Assembly (NCBI GenBank): GCA_951406725.2
Contig: OX597816.1
Span: forward strand, 1,550,001-1,614,000
DNA: 64,000 nucleotides
Direction: 5' to 3'
From: Octopus vulgaris
Taxonomy: Eukaryota
Shown here: positions 27,887 through 40,666 of the stretch, piece by piece
How positions within the stretch are numbered: the first letter of the stretch is position 1
Layout: every line of letters starts with the position of its first letter
Notes under the pieces: generated by a model
Seen by the model: only the letters and a program-made list of their open reading frames with translations
Database searches by the model: none
Told to the model about the DNA's origin: nothing
Made by a program: the position numbers and the translations under genes

Positions 27887-30228
27887 GAATTTTATAAAAT
27901 CTATTCTTCGATTTTGAGAAAAAAAAAATCAAAAAAAGAATAATAATTTAAAAAGTGGGTGTCAGCAATTTAACTTCTTTATCACAGTTACTGAAATACA
28001 GTTCTTTCACCCCATTTTTTTTTAAATAGCAAAATACTTCTGACATGAAAATCTGATGAAACCCACCGACAAATACGAATCGGTCTCAAAACCTGCTGCT
28101 GCTGCTGCTGCTGTTCTGCAAAGAAAGCACTGATGCCAGAACCCCTACTAACAAGTCTCAAGCTTTCTAGGTTTTAGAGGTCCTTTTTTTTTTTTTTAAT
28201 ATATATTCTTTAGACAAGAAGTTCTGATGCAATGAAAGTATTATTTAGGGAGATTAATTACTCTGTCTTAATTAAAAAGTTATATTTTGGGCTGTTTTCT
28301 TGGAAACATTAATGATAGATGAAAACATACAAAAGGGTTTTTTTTTGTAATTGAAAATTACAAAATAAACTGAGAAATAATATTTTAAAATTTATTTTAC
28401 ACGGAGGAGTATTTTTTTTTTCTTGTTTGGCGCCAGTGAAAAAATTTTCCATTTTATGATAATAATTCCCACCTAAAAGTCAATTGCTGAAAATGAGAAA
28501 ATTTAATGTTGGATAATATTCAACTGTTTCCAAGTTTACGTAAGAAGAGAACAATCATTTGAAATTATTGGAAAAGTTACCCAGAATAAAAAAAAAAAAA
28601 GAAAAGAAAACCATTTTGTTGACGCTAACAACGTCTGCTGCAGTCTTTTTTTTTTTGTTTAGTTTCAAACACAAAATGATTTTTCAAGTTTGCTCTCCTG
28701 ATCAGCATTCCCTGAAAGTCTCAAGATATTTAGAGATTAAGAAGTGAAAACATTACGTTTTCTCCCCAAATAAATAACTTGTTTTGATTTGATAAGGAAA
28801 AAAAATATATAATTTAAATCCAAGAAACAAATCGTGAAACTGAAACAAAGAAGAAGAAGAAAAAAAACACAGGGAAAGACAAGGATAGATTTTTATCAAG
28901 ACCAGAAGAGAAAGGCTTTGGGGGGCAGGGGTGGGGCAGAGAATGGTTGTACAAGTGGTGTGTTGAGTGTGGAGGGAGAAAAGATGGATTTGGGTGAAGT
29001 AAAACAGTTGTCAAAGCAGAAGGAAGAAGAAGAAGAAAGCTGACGTCAACTTTGTAGTAGTAGTAGTAGTAGTAGTAATAATAGACATATTATTAGTAAG
29101 AGTAGATTGTTGAGTAAAGAGGAAGAGAGAGAGAGAGAGAGCAAACGTGTTGGGAAGTTAGCAGAGGAAATAAAATTCAGAAAAATGATAAAACATTTGG
29201 TTTCCCTCTGAGTCTGCAGCTTATCTCTAAATATTAGTAGATTGTATCTGGATACAATGCAAACGAGCACTAACATTAAATAGGTTCAAAAAACCATTTC
29301 TTTAAATCCATAATTAATAAAACTTTAAGACAATCCTGGATTTACAAACAATAATCCAGCAGGTTGGTCATCCTTGGACTTAACAATTTCTCTGAAACTT
29401 AAACATTATTTTTCTTTTTCATAAAAATTAATGAAAGTCAAAACAACGAAAAGAAGAAAAAGATTAGAAAATGTGTTTTTTATAAAACACCACAGAATTA
29501 AGATTTGATGACTTGGAACCATGAAAAAAAGGGTCAGGTTTTTTTTTGTGATTAGTATTTGGAGTCGGAAGAGGCGATAAAGAATGAACTGTTTGATGGC
29601 AAAAGAGGAAGACTAGAAAATTGACGAGGTGAGAACTGAAAAACCATTGATGTTGGATGAAGATGTTGACGAGTGTGAGAGACGGGGAAGGTTGAGATAG
29701 AAATGTCTTTGTATTTTGTAGAGCAGGAATCCTTATGTTCACAGTTGCACAGGTACAAACGTACAGCCTTCATCAATTGTATATACACACCCAGACTGTA
29801 TATATACACACCGGTGTTCATAAAGAGTGCATATGATGTTGTGTGCATTGAACAAATTAAAAAAAAAAAAACATACACTTATCAGAAACTGAGAGTTGCA
29901 CACAAAACACAAAAAAAAAAAAGAAATTAAGTTAAAAAATTTTTTTTTTAAATCTAAACTGTTTTACTTCAGCTGTTGATGGTTGTTGGAAGGGGGGGGG
30001 GTGTCTTTTAATTGTCCCAAAAGTCAAGGATAGAAAGAAGGAAGGAAGGAATTGTCTTTGAGAAGCATCACTGGGTCTCTCTCAACTTTCCTAGAAGTTT
30101 GAGTGTATGTATAGGAGTGAGTGTGTGTGATGACAACGACGGTGGCAGCAGTAACAGCAGTGGTGGTGGTGGTGGTCGTGGTTGGGCCGGAGGAGAAAAA
30201 AAAAAGGTGGCTCAAACGGATCTGTCGG

Positions 30229-30411
<183 letters not shown>

Positions 30412-30682
30412 TTAAAAAGGAAAAAAATAGTTTACAACAATAAAAAACACAATACAAACAGAGACCAAGATAAGGATTGAATGTGGACTTTGGGGATTTG
30501 GAAGTTTCTTAAATCCTATGTGGAAAATTACTTCTATAAAAGTTATTTCCATTTTGTTTTTTTCCATTCATTTTTCTCACCCTGTCCTATCTTCTGTTGA
30601 TGGCTTCTCACCACTACAACACTCTGCTATCCATCTCTCTCTTCACCCCACCACCACTCCCCCCACTTTGGTTTATTATTAT

Positions 30683-33600
30683 ATGGCCACTCCCCACCTC
30701 TCCCCTCACACATCTCTGTCCTTGTTCTTTACAACTGTATGAGAGCAGAACCGAAACCGAAAGCAAGAATATTCTGAAAACATGTCGAATCATACAGAAT
30801 CCTAAGAGCAATTTTTAAATTCCGGCAACAACTGAAGAAACTTTACCAATGGACTTTGGGTGCGTTTCACTCAGTTACAGTAAAAACGGCTGGGGTTGAT
30901 CTCTGTCAGAGCAAATTGCAGTTTTTGGCCCCGTGTCCTATATTATGAACTTTCTGTGTGGCAAAGAGGAGCAGAATTATGGACCCTGGCTGGAAGAAGG
31001 TTGAAACTGGTGTCGTTGTGGTTGATTGCATCTCAATCACTGCTACCTGTGTCTCATAAGTATTTCACTGAGGTAAAGAAGGGAGGCAATGGCAGATGAA
31101 GGATCAAAACACGTGCAAAGATGTTCCCTCTCATTTTCCAATCCAAGGACAAAGAGTACAAAAAGACTACAGCAACTCAGGGAAACTAAACCAGAACAAC
31201 CTGCCACCCTCTACACACCATCATAAACTGCAAGCAAGGTACAAATTGTTGTCCTTAAATGCTCGCAGTTTATGCAACAAAATACATTTGTTCAACGCCT
31301 ACGTCAGAAGTATTGACCCTGACTTCATCACTGTCACGGAAACATGGGCGCATTCCTTACTCTGTGATGGGGTTTTCAACATTACGGGGTACAACCTCTT
31401 CCGTAAGGACCGCATTAACCGCCGTGGTGGTGGTGTGATGGTCTACGTTCGTTCAAATTTTTCGGTAATTCCTTGTGCCGATTTGAACGAATCACAAGAA
31501 GTTTTTTTCTGTGACGTACGTATGACCATGTCAACACTCCTGCTTGGCGTTGTTTATCGTCCCCCAAATTACCATCAGGACACACAGCTTTGCAATATTC
31601 TCCGAGCTGCTGCCAGGAAAACAGCCACTTATGTTTTTATTGCAGGCGATTTCAATCATCCTGAGATCAATTGGGAAACCTTCCATTGGCCACAGAGTGC
31701 AAACGATTTTGTTGAGCTTGTACTGGACTCAAACTGGTCACAAGTAGTCACCTCTCCAACAAGAGGCGACAACACCTTGGACCTGCTCTTCACCACAACT
31801 CCTGAAGCGGTTATCAATTGCACTACGGAGGAACCTCTAGGTGACTCTGATCATGCTATGATCATCGCCAATCTGGCTCTTGCGGGCAACAAAAACCTGA
31901 ACCATCTCCAATCTGCTTCCTTCGATTGGAAGAGAGCAGATTGGAACCTGTACCACACTGAACTACAGCACCCAAACTGGCGTGAATTCTACAACTCTGG
32001 AGATGTGAATACTATACTCCAGAGTATCCTGGACTCAATATGGGTAGCATGTGCAGCATCAGTGCCACGTAAACAGAAAAAGAAGAACCGCCCCAAAAGG
32101 GCAATTTGGGAAACTTCAGCGGTCCGACTTGCCAGGAAGGAACGTCGGACTGCTGAATGGGAATACAAGTTGCATAAATCAGACACTAACAGGAAGAAGC
32201 AGAATAAATCTTCCAACCATCTCAAGCAAGTGACAAAAAAAGCAGTGCTTGAATTTGAACAGTGCATAGCAGCCAATCCTGACAGCAAGGTTTTCTGGAA
32301 ATATGTGCATTCAAAGCAGAGACCTCACTCTCCAGTGGGCCCTCTTCGCAACCCTCACACAAACCAGATCACTGACGACCCTAAGGAATGCGCAGAACTC
32401 ATTGCCGAGTGCTATGCAAACATATTCACTGTTGAAAGTCAAAATGTACCATCTTCACCATCACTAACAGCAAATTCCATAACAACTATGGAATTTACAC
32501 CTGCAATGCTGCGACGTCACCTTCAAAATAAGCGCAACTATGCCTCCCCTGGTCTCGATGGAGTTACATACCTGCTTCTCAAACGTGGCAGGTACTTCCT
32601 TTTACACCAGCTTTCTATTTTCTTCCAGTACTGTCTCAACAATGGTGCTACTCCGGAGCAGTGGAAAACTGCCAGTGTCATTCCTCTGTTCAAAAAGGGC
32701 GACCGCACATCACCTGTCAACTATCGCCCAGTCAGTCTCACTAGCTGTATTGCAAAACTGATGGAATCGTGTGTCAGAGAAACACTCTGGAACTTCTGGA
32801 GCTCTCACAGTCTCATCTGACCCTCACAATATGGATTTGTCCCTAACTCCAGCTGCAGTGATCAGCTTGTCAAGTTCCTTGAGAACATTACTCAGATCAC
32901 TGACAGTGGCTCATGGGTGGATGTTGTCTACCTTGACTTTGCTAAGGCTTTCAACTCTGTGCCACACAAAAGGCTTATGGTGAAACTCTCTGCAATGGGT
33001 GTGAGGGATGACCTTTTTAACTGACCTTCATTCTCAGCCGAAAGGAGGTAGTCACAGTTCTAGGACAGCATTCTACACCATATGAGATGTCATTGGGTGT
33101 ACCACAGGGATCTGTCCTTGGTCCCCTCTTGTTTGTGGCATACATTAATGACATAGATGCCATTTTAAAGAATGCCACAGTATTGAAATATGCAGACGAC
33201 ATCAAGCTGTACCTTGAAATCAAGACGACAGATCCTGATGTCTACAACTCTTTCCTGCAATCAGACCTAGACACAATGCAGCAATGGATCACAGACTGGC
33301 AACTGAAACTGGCTGTGGACAAGTGTACCACCATGCATTTTGGGAGAAAAAACCCTGCGTCCACATACTCCCTCCACAACACTGATATCAAGAAATCCTC
33401 TTGCGAGCGTGACCTAGGCATCACTGTCAGTAGTGATTTGCGTTGGACAAAGCATATCTCTAAAATTGTCAAGAAGGCCGAGGGTGTCTTGGCATCACTC
33501 AGCAAGACTTTTGTTAGCCGCTCTCCAGCCATCTATTTAAAACTGTATACAGCTATGGTACGACCACACTTGGAATTCGCATCATCAGTTTGGAACCCCT

Positions 33601-34073
33601 ATCTTGCTCAGAACATTGACCTCCTGGAATCTGTCCAGAGACATGCAACCAAACGCATACCCTCCATCAGACACCTACCATATTCTGAGCGCCTTGTTTC
33701 CCTGGGCATGGATTCACTGAAGCTCCGGCGTCTGGCGACGGACTTGGTAGACACCCACAAAGTTATCAACCACCTCACCAACAACAACACTGAACACCTT
33801 TTTGATCTCCATGTGTCTAACACATGTGGACATGCCTACAAAGTCAGAAAACAACACAGCTCCCATGACTTTGGGAAACAATTTTTCACGCTCAGAGTTG
33901 CTGAAGCATGGAATAAACTGCCTGCGTCAGTTGTTGACTGCCATGACACTGCATTCTTTAAGGCCCTCATGCTTTCCGAAATCCGCTGAAACTACACCTG
34001 ATTATACATACACTTTAGATGAGTTGTAGTGCACCTGAGCACTGTACACAATTATTATTATTATTATTATTAT
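30683..34073 (+). mobile_element. Near full-length CR1-type LINE (APE endonuclease plus RT), inactivated, antisense in the last muskelin intron
   Basis: ORF 31096-32820 has APE motifs LNARSL, TETW, YRPP, GDFN, DLLF and SDH, then NYRPVSLTS. Premature TGA at 32818 and a net 7-nt loss near 33024 relative to the 7.2-8.5 kb copy. ORF 33087-33989 has YADD. (ATT)n tail. The 5' boundary is approximate. Confidence 0.93.
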
Positions 34074-35136
34074 TTAAAAGGGGTGGCAAGCTAATTAATT
34101 AACCCCTTCATGGAATCGTTGATAATTGATCAACCCCCATTGTGTCATCATCAACATTTAACGCCTGTTTTCTATGCTGGCATGGGTTGGACAGCTTGAC
34201 AGGAGCTGGCATGGCCAGGGACTGCACCAAGTTTCAAAGACCATGTACAATTCAAAAAGTATAATAAATAAAAACATTTCTTCATTTACAAACAATAATT
34301 CCTTTCATCTATTGTGTCTTTACCACTTTTTAGTAAGAAATACTTTTACAGAAATTTAATGAACATACTTAATGAAATTGATAAAGAGCAATAAAAATTC
34401 AGTGATATTGATATAGTTGGAATATTCAAAGTGAAATACACGTTTGGTGAATACTAGTTTTTGGCAGAAACTTTAGCATGTCGGGCAAAATGCTTTGCGG
34501 TATTTCGTCTGTCTTTATGTTCTGAGTTCAAATTCTGCTGAGATAGATTTTGTCTTTCATCCTTTCGGGAGTTCGATAAATTAAGGATCAATATCTGTGA
34601 TATTTAGGCTTTAAGAAATGTGTAGATATTTAAGTAGGATACACAGAATATTCCATCATCATCATCATCATCATCGTTTAAGGTCTGTTTTCCATGCTAG
34701 CATGGGTTGGACGGTTGCAGTGGGGTCTGGAGAGCCAGGTGGCCACACCAGGCTCCAGTCTGATCTGGCAGTGTTTCCCTTCCTAACGCCAACCACCCCG
34801 TGAGTGTGGTGGGTGCTTTTTACGTGCCACCAGTGAGAATGGAAACACATGAAAGTGTTCTGTCCAAGACAAAAGGTTAGAATCTTGTCTTATACACAGC
34901 AGCAACCGATAAAAGACAGCCTGAAGGTGTGTTCTGTTGTACATTGGAGAATCGTTTTACATGCAAAGGCTAGGGACCATGCTGCCTGGCCATTTAACCA
35001 CATCCACTTGAATACGACACAGAAACAGTGTTTCACTTTTGGTGAGGTGGAAAGGAGTCTTTCATTCCGTCTCTCTCTCTCTCGTATGTTATTCAATTGC
35101 ACATCAAAGTAAAAATGGAAGAAAATCGATTCTTAC

Positions 35137-35197
35137 TCTCTGTCATCTCTTCGTCTTCTGATTGATCTTTGAACAACGTCGATGCCAATAACTGAAA
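35137..35197 (-). CDS. MKLN1: Muskelin exon: FQLLASTLFKDQSEDEEMTE(T)
   Basis: Boundaries tttag| and AGA|gtaaga; 61 nt. Matches FQLLASALFK. Confidence 0.93.
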
Positions 35198-35805
35198 CTA
35201 AACAACAATTAAAAGGCATTTTAATCAAAATAACAAACGAGAGTTTACTTTTGACATTTCAACAAAAAGATATTTAATTGAAGATCCAGACAATATTTAT
35301 TATGTTCAATGGTGGTGGTCGTTACATACATGGTTGTGTGGTTAAGAAGTTTACTTCACAAGCACAGGCTCTCTGGTTCAATCCCCATGTACAGTACTGC
35401 AGACGACTTTCTACTTTTACACTCGGGCTTAACCAATGCCTCTCAGCGAATTTGACAGACAGAAACTGTACGAAGCCTGTCGTGTGTGTGTCTACATGTA
35501 CAAGAATAAATATTGAAAGCAGTGTGTGATTTGCAGACAAAAGAGCCCATGAGCAAATTGCTGAAGACTCTGCTTTGGGTATTCCTTCCAACACTCAGTG
35601 ACAACATGACAGTATGACATAACAAAGGACTTCTTTAAAACAAACCTCCAAAGCAGCAAATACCTGACACCTTTCATAGATGACAGCAATTACAGAACCT
35701 GTTAATTACAGCACCCCATCTATTATGGGTCTAACGATGTATGGAAACAATTTTGTAATGATTTTAATTAAAAATGTAGTACAATCCATTTTCTATTACT
35801 CATGC

Positions 35806-35854
<49 letters not shown>

Positions 35855-35896
35855 TATATGTAGAAGGTTGAAAAGGAACACATATGAGTTGATATG

Positions 35897-37220
35897 TATA
35901 AGGAAAATAAGACAAAGGTAGAAAATGGTAAAATCATTTTATCCTGAAGTACATTTTAGCACTGGTTTCAGTCGTAGCAACTTCTTCAACATGAACTAAA
36001 GGATATAGACATCAGCCGGAACTACCTCCCCTCACTAACTGATATAGACTTACAACGTGCCCTACAACTCAACATGCACAAATTCAGACATTCCAAACTA
36101 AAGAAGGATTTACAACCAAAAGCCTACCATACATCTCCACACACAACCCCCTTCACAATGAAGCCTTCAACACCATCTTCCAGAACATTCCTCTGTGATT
36201 TCTCCTCAACTAAAAAGGGACCACAGAATGAATTTAATCCTCCAAACGTACACCATCATAAAGAGGAAAAAAACAACCCAATTCAACGACAAGTTTTCTA
36301 ACAAAAGCCCAAGTGCACTCGTCAACCACATTGAAACCTTCAGTAAAAAATGCGGATGACCTATCTGTGGTATATGCGTCAACCTAATTGAGGGGTCAGA
36401 GTTCTCCTTCAAACAAGGTCAATGTTTTACAGTGAAAAACAACTTCATATGTGCTTTGGCAAATCTAATAACTTGCTCAGGGTGTCAAGAGCAATACAGA
36501 GGCCAAACCAAAAGACAGTCTATGCCAGATGATGACCCTACATAGATCCCAGATTAAAATTTGGAAATACAGAAAAATAGCATTTAGGGAACACATCAAC
36601 ATTTGTGTCACTAAAAAACAACCCAAATTCAGAATTTTCCCCTTTTATAAATTCAGGGACGATACAACCTATAATCAGCGCATTAGCAAAGTGTTATATT
36701 CTATTGCAAAATATAAACCCCTTTTGAACGCGTCCACCACAAATGACACTACTACAAGGGCCTTAGAATAATACCCACGCAAATATTAAAAATGATGAAT
36801 TTATTCAGAACAATTCCAATCACAACTGTTTTAACCATAACTGGTCACTTTTAGGTCACTTGACCATTTAAGAAGACTCTACCAACATCCACTCCCGTCT
36901 TTTTCATCTTCTTTTCCTACTCCTTCTTCTTCTTCTTCTTCGTTGTCCCCTTCCTTGGCTACTCACATCCCTCATATCAAATATTCTTTTACATCTGCTA
37001 CCAAGAGTTCACAAGAGTAAAAAAGAGAGAGACAGACAGACAGAAAAAAAGGAATATGTCCCTTGAAGACTATGGAAATATTTTTAAAAAACATTTCATT
37101 TAATTTTTTTCACACTTTTATTCTAAGTTGAAAAAAGTCAGAGAGACTGAAACCAGTTCGAAAAGGTTCTTCATGATAAAATTGTTTCAGCATTTTCGAC
37201 CTTGTCTTATTTCCCTATAT
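35897..37220 (+). mobile_element. Penelope-like retroelement relic (GIY-YIG endonuclease) with inverted terminal repeats
   Basis: Broken frames give KKCG*PICGIC, LITCSGCQEQYRGQT and MTLHRSQI...EHINIC...FRIFPFYK...KYKPLLN. 35897-35995 is a diverged inverted copy of 37121-37220. Confidence 0.8.
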
Positions 37221-37223
37221 ATA

Positions 37224-37720
37224 ATCATTGTTTAATGTCTGCTTTCCATGCTGGCAACGGTCGGACACTTTGAATGGAACTGGTAACCTGGAGAGCCGTA
37301 CTAAGTTCCAGCCTGGTTTGGAATGGTTTCTATGGCTGGATGGCCTTCCTAACGCCAACCACTCCCAGACTGCAATGGATGCTTTTGCTGTGCCACTGTC
37401 ATGGGTGCCACTTACCTGTGCCACTGTCATGGGTGCCACTTACCTGCGCCACTGTCATGGGTGCCACTGTCATGGGTGCCACTGTCATGGGTGCCACTGT
37501 CATGGGTGCCACTTACCTGTGCCACTGGCCGTGGCTCTGATTTCACTTGGCAGTCTTCTCAAACATGGTCTCAGTCACTTGTCATTGTGCTCAGTGAGGC
37601 CCAACGTTTGAAGATCATGCTTCACCACCTCGTCCTATGTCTTCCTGGGTTTACATCTTCTACAAGTTCCCTCCACAGTTAAGGAGCGGCACTTCTTTAC
37701 ACAGCTGCCCCCATCCTTTC
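37224..37720 (-). mobile_element. RTE LINE 3' fragment with internal minisatellite
   Basis: Similar to 39808-40440 (cttcaccacctcgtcc...ttcctgggt; 3' end ttccatgctggca). Confidence 0.75.
37390..37527. repeat. Two-unit minisatellite GTGCCACTGTCATGG (x6) / GTGCCACTTACCT (x3)
   Basis: Unit order ABABAAAAB, read directly. Confidence 0.92.
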
Positions 37721-38121
37721 GCATCAAAGGCCCGAAGCCAACCCTCACCTGTTTCCGACGAAGCTAATTACTTCCCCATGGTCAGACATGGACTCACCCG
37801 AATACTGGAAATGGGTGATACTGCTTTTATAACTGTGACAATCCTTTTACAAAGACACACACATGAGACGGGCTTCATTCAGTTTCCATTTACTTAATCC
37901 ACTTGGCCAAGGTGCCACACAGTGAGACTGAACCTGAAACCATGTGTCTGGGAAACAAACTTCTTAACCACTCAGCCACACACTCTCTGCCTCAGATTCT
38001 ACAAAAAGCAAAAGAGAAACTCCACATGGATTGGAAAGAGAGCAGAGACTACATAAGAGAGGGAGAAAAAGAGGAGAAGAAGGAGGGAGGGAGAGAGAGA
38101 GAGGGAGGGAGGATGTCTCAC

Positions 38122-38286
38122 TTGTTTGGTTTCTTCCGGATCTGTATGATCCACCATGTCTGCTAGTTCTGTTTGTAAATATGTAACTGCTTTTACTGGG
38201 TCATCATAAGCTATTTCTTGAAACTTGTATTTACGTATAAGATATATACACCTACGTAGTAGATGTTCCTGAGATGGCCGAGACAA
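38122..38286 (-). CDS. MKLN1: Muskelin exon: LSRPSQEHLLRRCIYLIRKYKFQEIAYDDPVKAVTYLQTELADMVDHTDPEETKQ
   Basis: Boundaries tccag| and CAA|gtgaga; 165 nt. Confidence 0.96.
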
Positions 38287-38353
38287 CTGGAAAACAAAAA
38301 AAGCAAAAAAAAACATCAGCTACTTTCATAGGCATTTAATAATAATAATAATA

Positions 38354-39558
38354 AGTTGTCAGAGATCACAAAGAAAAATAATGCTTTCTAATTGATGTAT
38401 CAATACCAGCAGATGACAATGTGTCTCTAACAGAAATGGAGAAACTCTCAAAATACAAAGACCTGGAAATAGAGGTAACTAGAATGTGGGATCTGAAAAC
38501 AGAAACAATCCCTATCATAGTAGGTACATTAGGCATGATAAAAAAATATTCAGACAAATACATAACAAAAACACCAGGACTTACAAACAATGCAGCAATG
38601 GATCACAGACTGGCAACTGAAACTGGCTGTGGACAAGTGTACCACCATGCATTTTGGGAGAAAAAACCCTGCGTCCACATACTCCCTCCACAACACTGAT
38701 ATCAAGAAATCCTCTTGCGAGCGTGACCTAGGCATCACTGTCAGCAGTGATTTGCGTTGGACAAAGCATATCTCTAAAATTGTCAAGAATGCCGAGGGTG
38801 TCTTGGCATCACTCAGCAAGACTTTTGTTAGCCACTCTCCAGCCATCTATTTAAAACTGTATACAGCTATGGTACGACCACACTTGGAATTCGCATCATC
38901 AGTTTGGAAACCCTATCTTGCTCAGAACATTGACCTCCTGGAATCTGTCCAGAGACGTGCAACCAAACGCATACCCTCCATCAGACACCTACCATATTCT
39001 GAGCGCCTTGTTTCCCTGGGCATGGATTCACTGAAGCTCCGGCGTCTAGCGACGGACTTGGTAGCCACACACAAGGTTATCAACCACCTCACCAACAACA
39101 ACACTGAACACCTTTTTGATCTCCATGTGTCTAACACACGTGGACATGCCTACAAAGTCAGAAAACAGCACAGCTCCCATGACTTTCGGAAACATTTTTT
39201 CACGCTCAGGGTTGCTGAAGCGTGGAATAAACTGCCTGCATCAGTTGTTGACTGCCATGACACTGCATCCTTTAAGGCCCTCATGCTTCCCGAAATCCGT
39301 CGAAACTACACCTGATTATATATACACTTTAGATGAGTTGTAGTGCACCTGAGCACTGTACACAATTATTATTATTATTATTATTATATATAACATACAG
39401 AAAATTGCACTACTAGGCACTGCACACATCCTACGCAGAACACTTTCCATACAATAACCATCAGAGCATCACAACAAATCACAGCACATACCCAAGGCAC
39501 GCAGAGCTGCACTCGGTAGGGAAGTGAAAGCACGTTATAAAAATAAAACTACTGAATG
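38354..39558 (+). mobile_element. Dong/R4-type restriction-like-endonuclease LINE 3' fragment, interrupted by a CR1 insertion
   Basis: CFLIDVSIPADDNV..EMEKLSKYKDLEIEVTRMW..TIPIIVGTLG...TPGLTN [insert] YNIQKIALLGTAHILRRTLS*. (AAT)n on both flanks. Confidence 0.85.
38587..39387 (+). mobile_element. 5'-truncated CR1-type LINE nested in the Dong/R4 element
   Basis: ORF 38590-39315 is nearly identical to the C-terminus of the other two copies, with the same 3' end gagttgtagtgcacctgagcactgtacaca(att)n. Confidence 0.93.
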
Positions 39559-39797
39559 ATAATAATAATAATATTCCTTTCTACACAAGGTACAAGGCCT
39601 GGAATTTTGGTGGAGGGGACCAGTCAATTACATCGACCCCAGTATTTCACTGGTACTTAATTTATCGACCCTCAAAGGATGAAAGGCAAAGTCAACTCTG
39701 GTGGAATTTGAACTCAGAATGTAACGGCAGACAAAATACTGCAAAGCATTTCGCCCGGCGTGCTAATGTTTCCGCCCAGCTCGCCACCTTGCTACCA
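39559..39797 (-). mobile_element. SINE family B copy
   Basis: Reverse complement of the 11188 family, with an (ATT)n tail. Confidence 0.8.
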
Positions 39798-39807
39798 TAA
39801 TAATAAT

Positions 39808-40666
39808 AATCATCATCATCATCGTCTAGCGTCCGTTTTCCATGCTAGCATGGGTTGGACGGTTCTACTGGGGTCTGTGAAGCCAGAAGGCTTCATCAGG
39901 CCCAGTCAAATCTGGCAGTGTTTCTACGGCTGGATGCCCTTCCTAACGCCAACCACTCCGTGAGTGTAGTGGGTGCTTTTTACGTGCCACCCGCACAGGT
40001 GCCAGACAGAGCTGGCAAACGGCCACGAACGGATGGTGCTTTTTATGTGCCACCGGCACGAGGGCCAGGCGAGGCTGGCAACGGACACGAAATGGGGCGG
40101 TGCTGGCAACGGTCGCGAAACGGAAGGTTCTCTTACATGCCACTGGCACTGGTAACACATCTGCAATTTCCATTGATCGATTTCGATTCTGATCCTCACT
40201 TGCCTCAACAGGTCTTCACAAGTAGAGTTTTGTAGAAGGCCACGGGTTATGGACTCACTTGTCCTGCCGGGTCTTCTCGCGCACAGCACACTTCCAGAGG
40301 ACTCGGTCTCTAGTCATTTCCTCAGTGAGACCTAAAGTTCAAAGGTCGTGCTTCACCACCTCGTCCCAGGTTTTCCTGGGTCTGCCTCTTCCACAGGTTC
40401 CCTCAACCGCTAGGGTGTGGCACTTTTTCACACAACTATCTTCATCCATTCTCGCCACATGACTATACCAGCGCAAACGTCTCTCTTGCACACCACAACT
40501 GATGCTTCTTAGGTCCAGCTTTTCTCTCAAGGTACTTACACTCTGCCGAGTATGAGTACTGACATTACACATCCATTGGAGCATACTGGCTTCATTTCTT
40601 GCGAGCTTACGCATATCCTCAGCAGTCACAGCCCATGTTTCACTACCATGTAGCATGGCTGTTCGT
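39808..40666 (-). mobile_element. RTE-clade LINE 3' fragment (ORF end, long 3' UTR, (GAT)n tail)
   Basis: ORF 40339-40656: MLHGSETW...MLQWMCNVS...RRLRWYSHVARM...GRGRPRKTW. Its terminal 100-300 bp recur many times (for example 19246, 26733, 34653, 42120, 43460, 46175, 53428, 55295). Confidence 0.88.

Noticed and set aside
37390-37527. Repeat array superficially like CRISPR
   Set aside because: No unique spacers, no cas genes, eukaryotic context.
37228-37682. ORFs with CHCHGCH / CATVMG / VPLSW repeats resembling a metal-binding protein
   Set aside because: They translate a 15/13-bp minisatellite inside an RTE 3' UTR; open in several frames, with no splice support.
38421-38699. 92-aa ORF as a novel chimeric gene
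   Set aside because: Read-through from the Dong/R4 fragment into the nested CR1 in a different frame.
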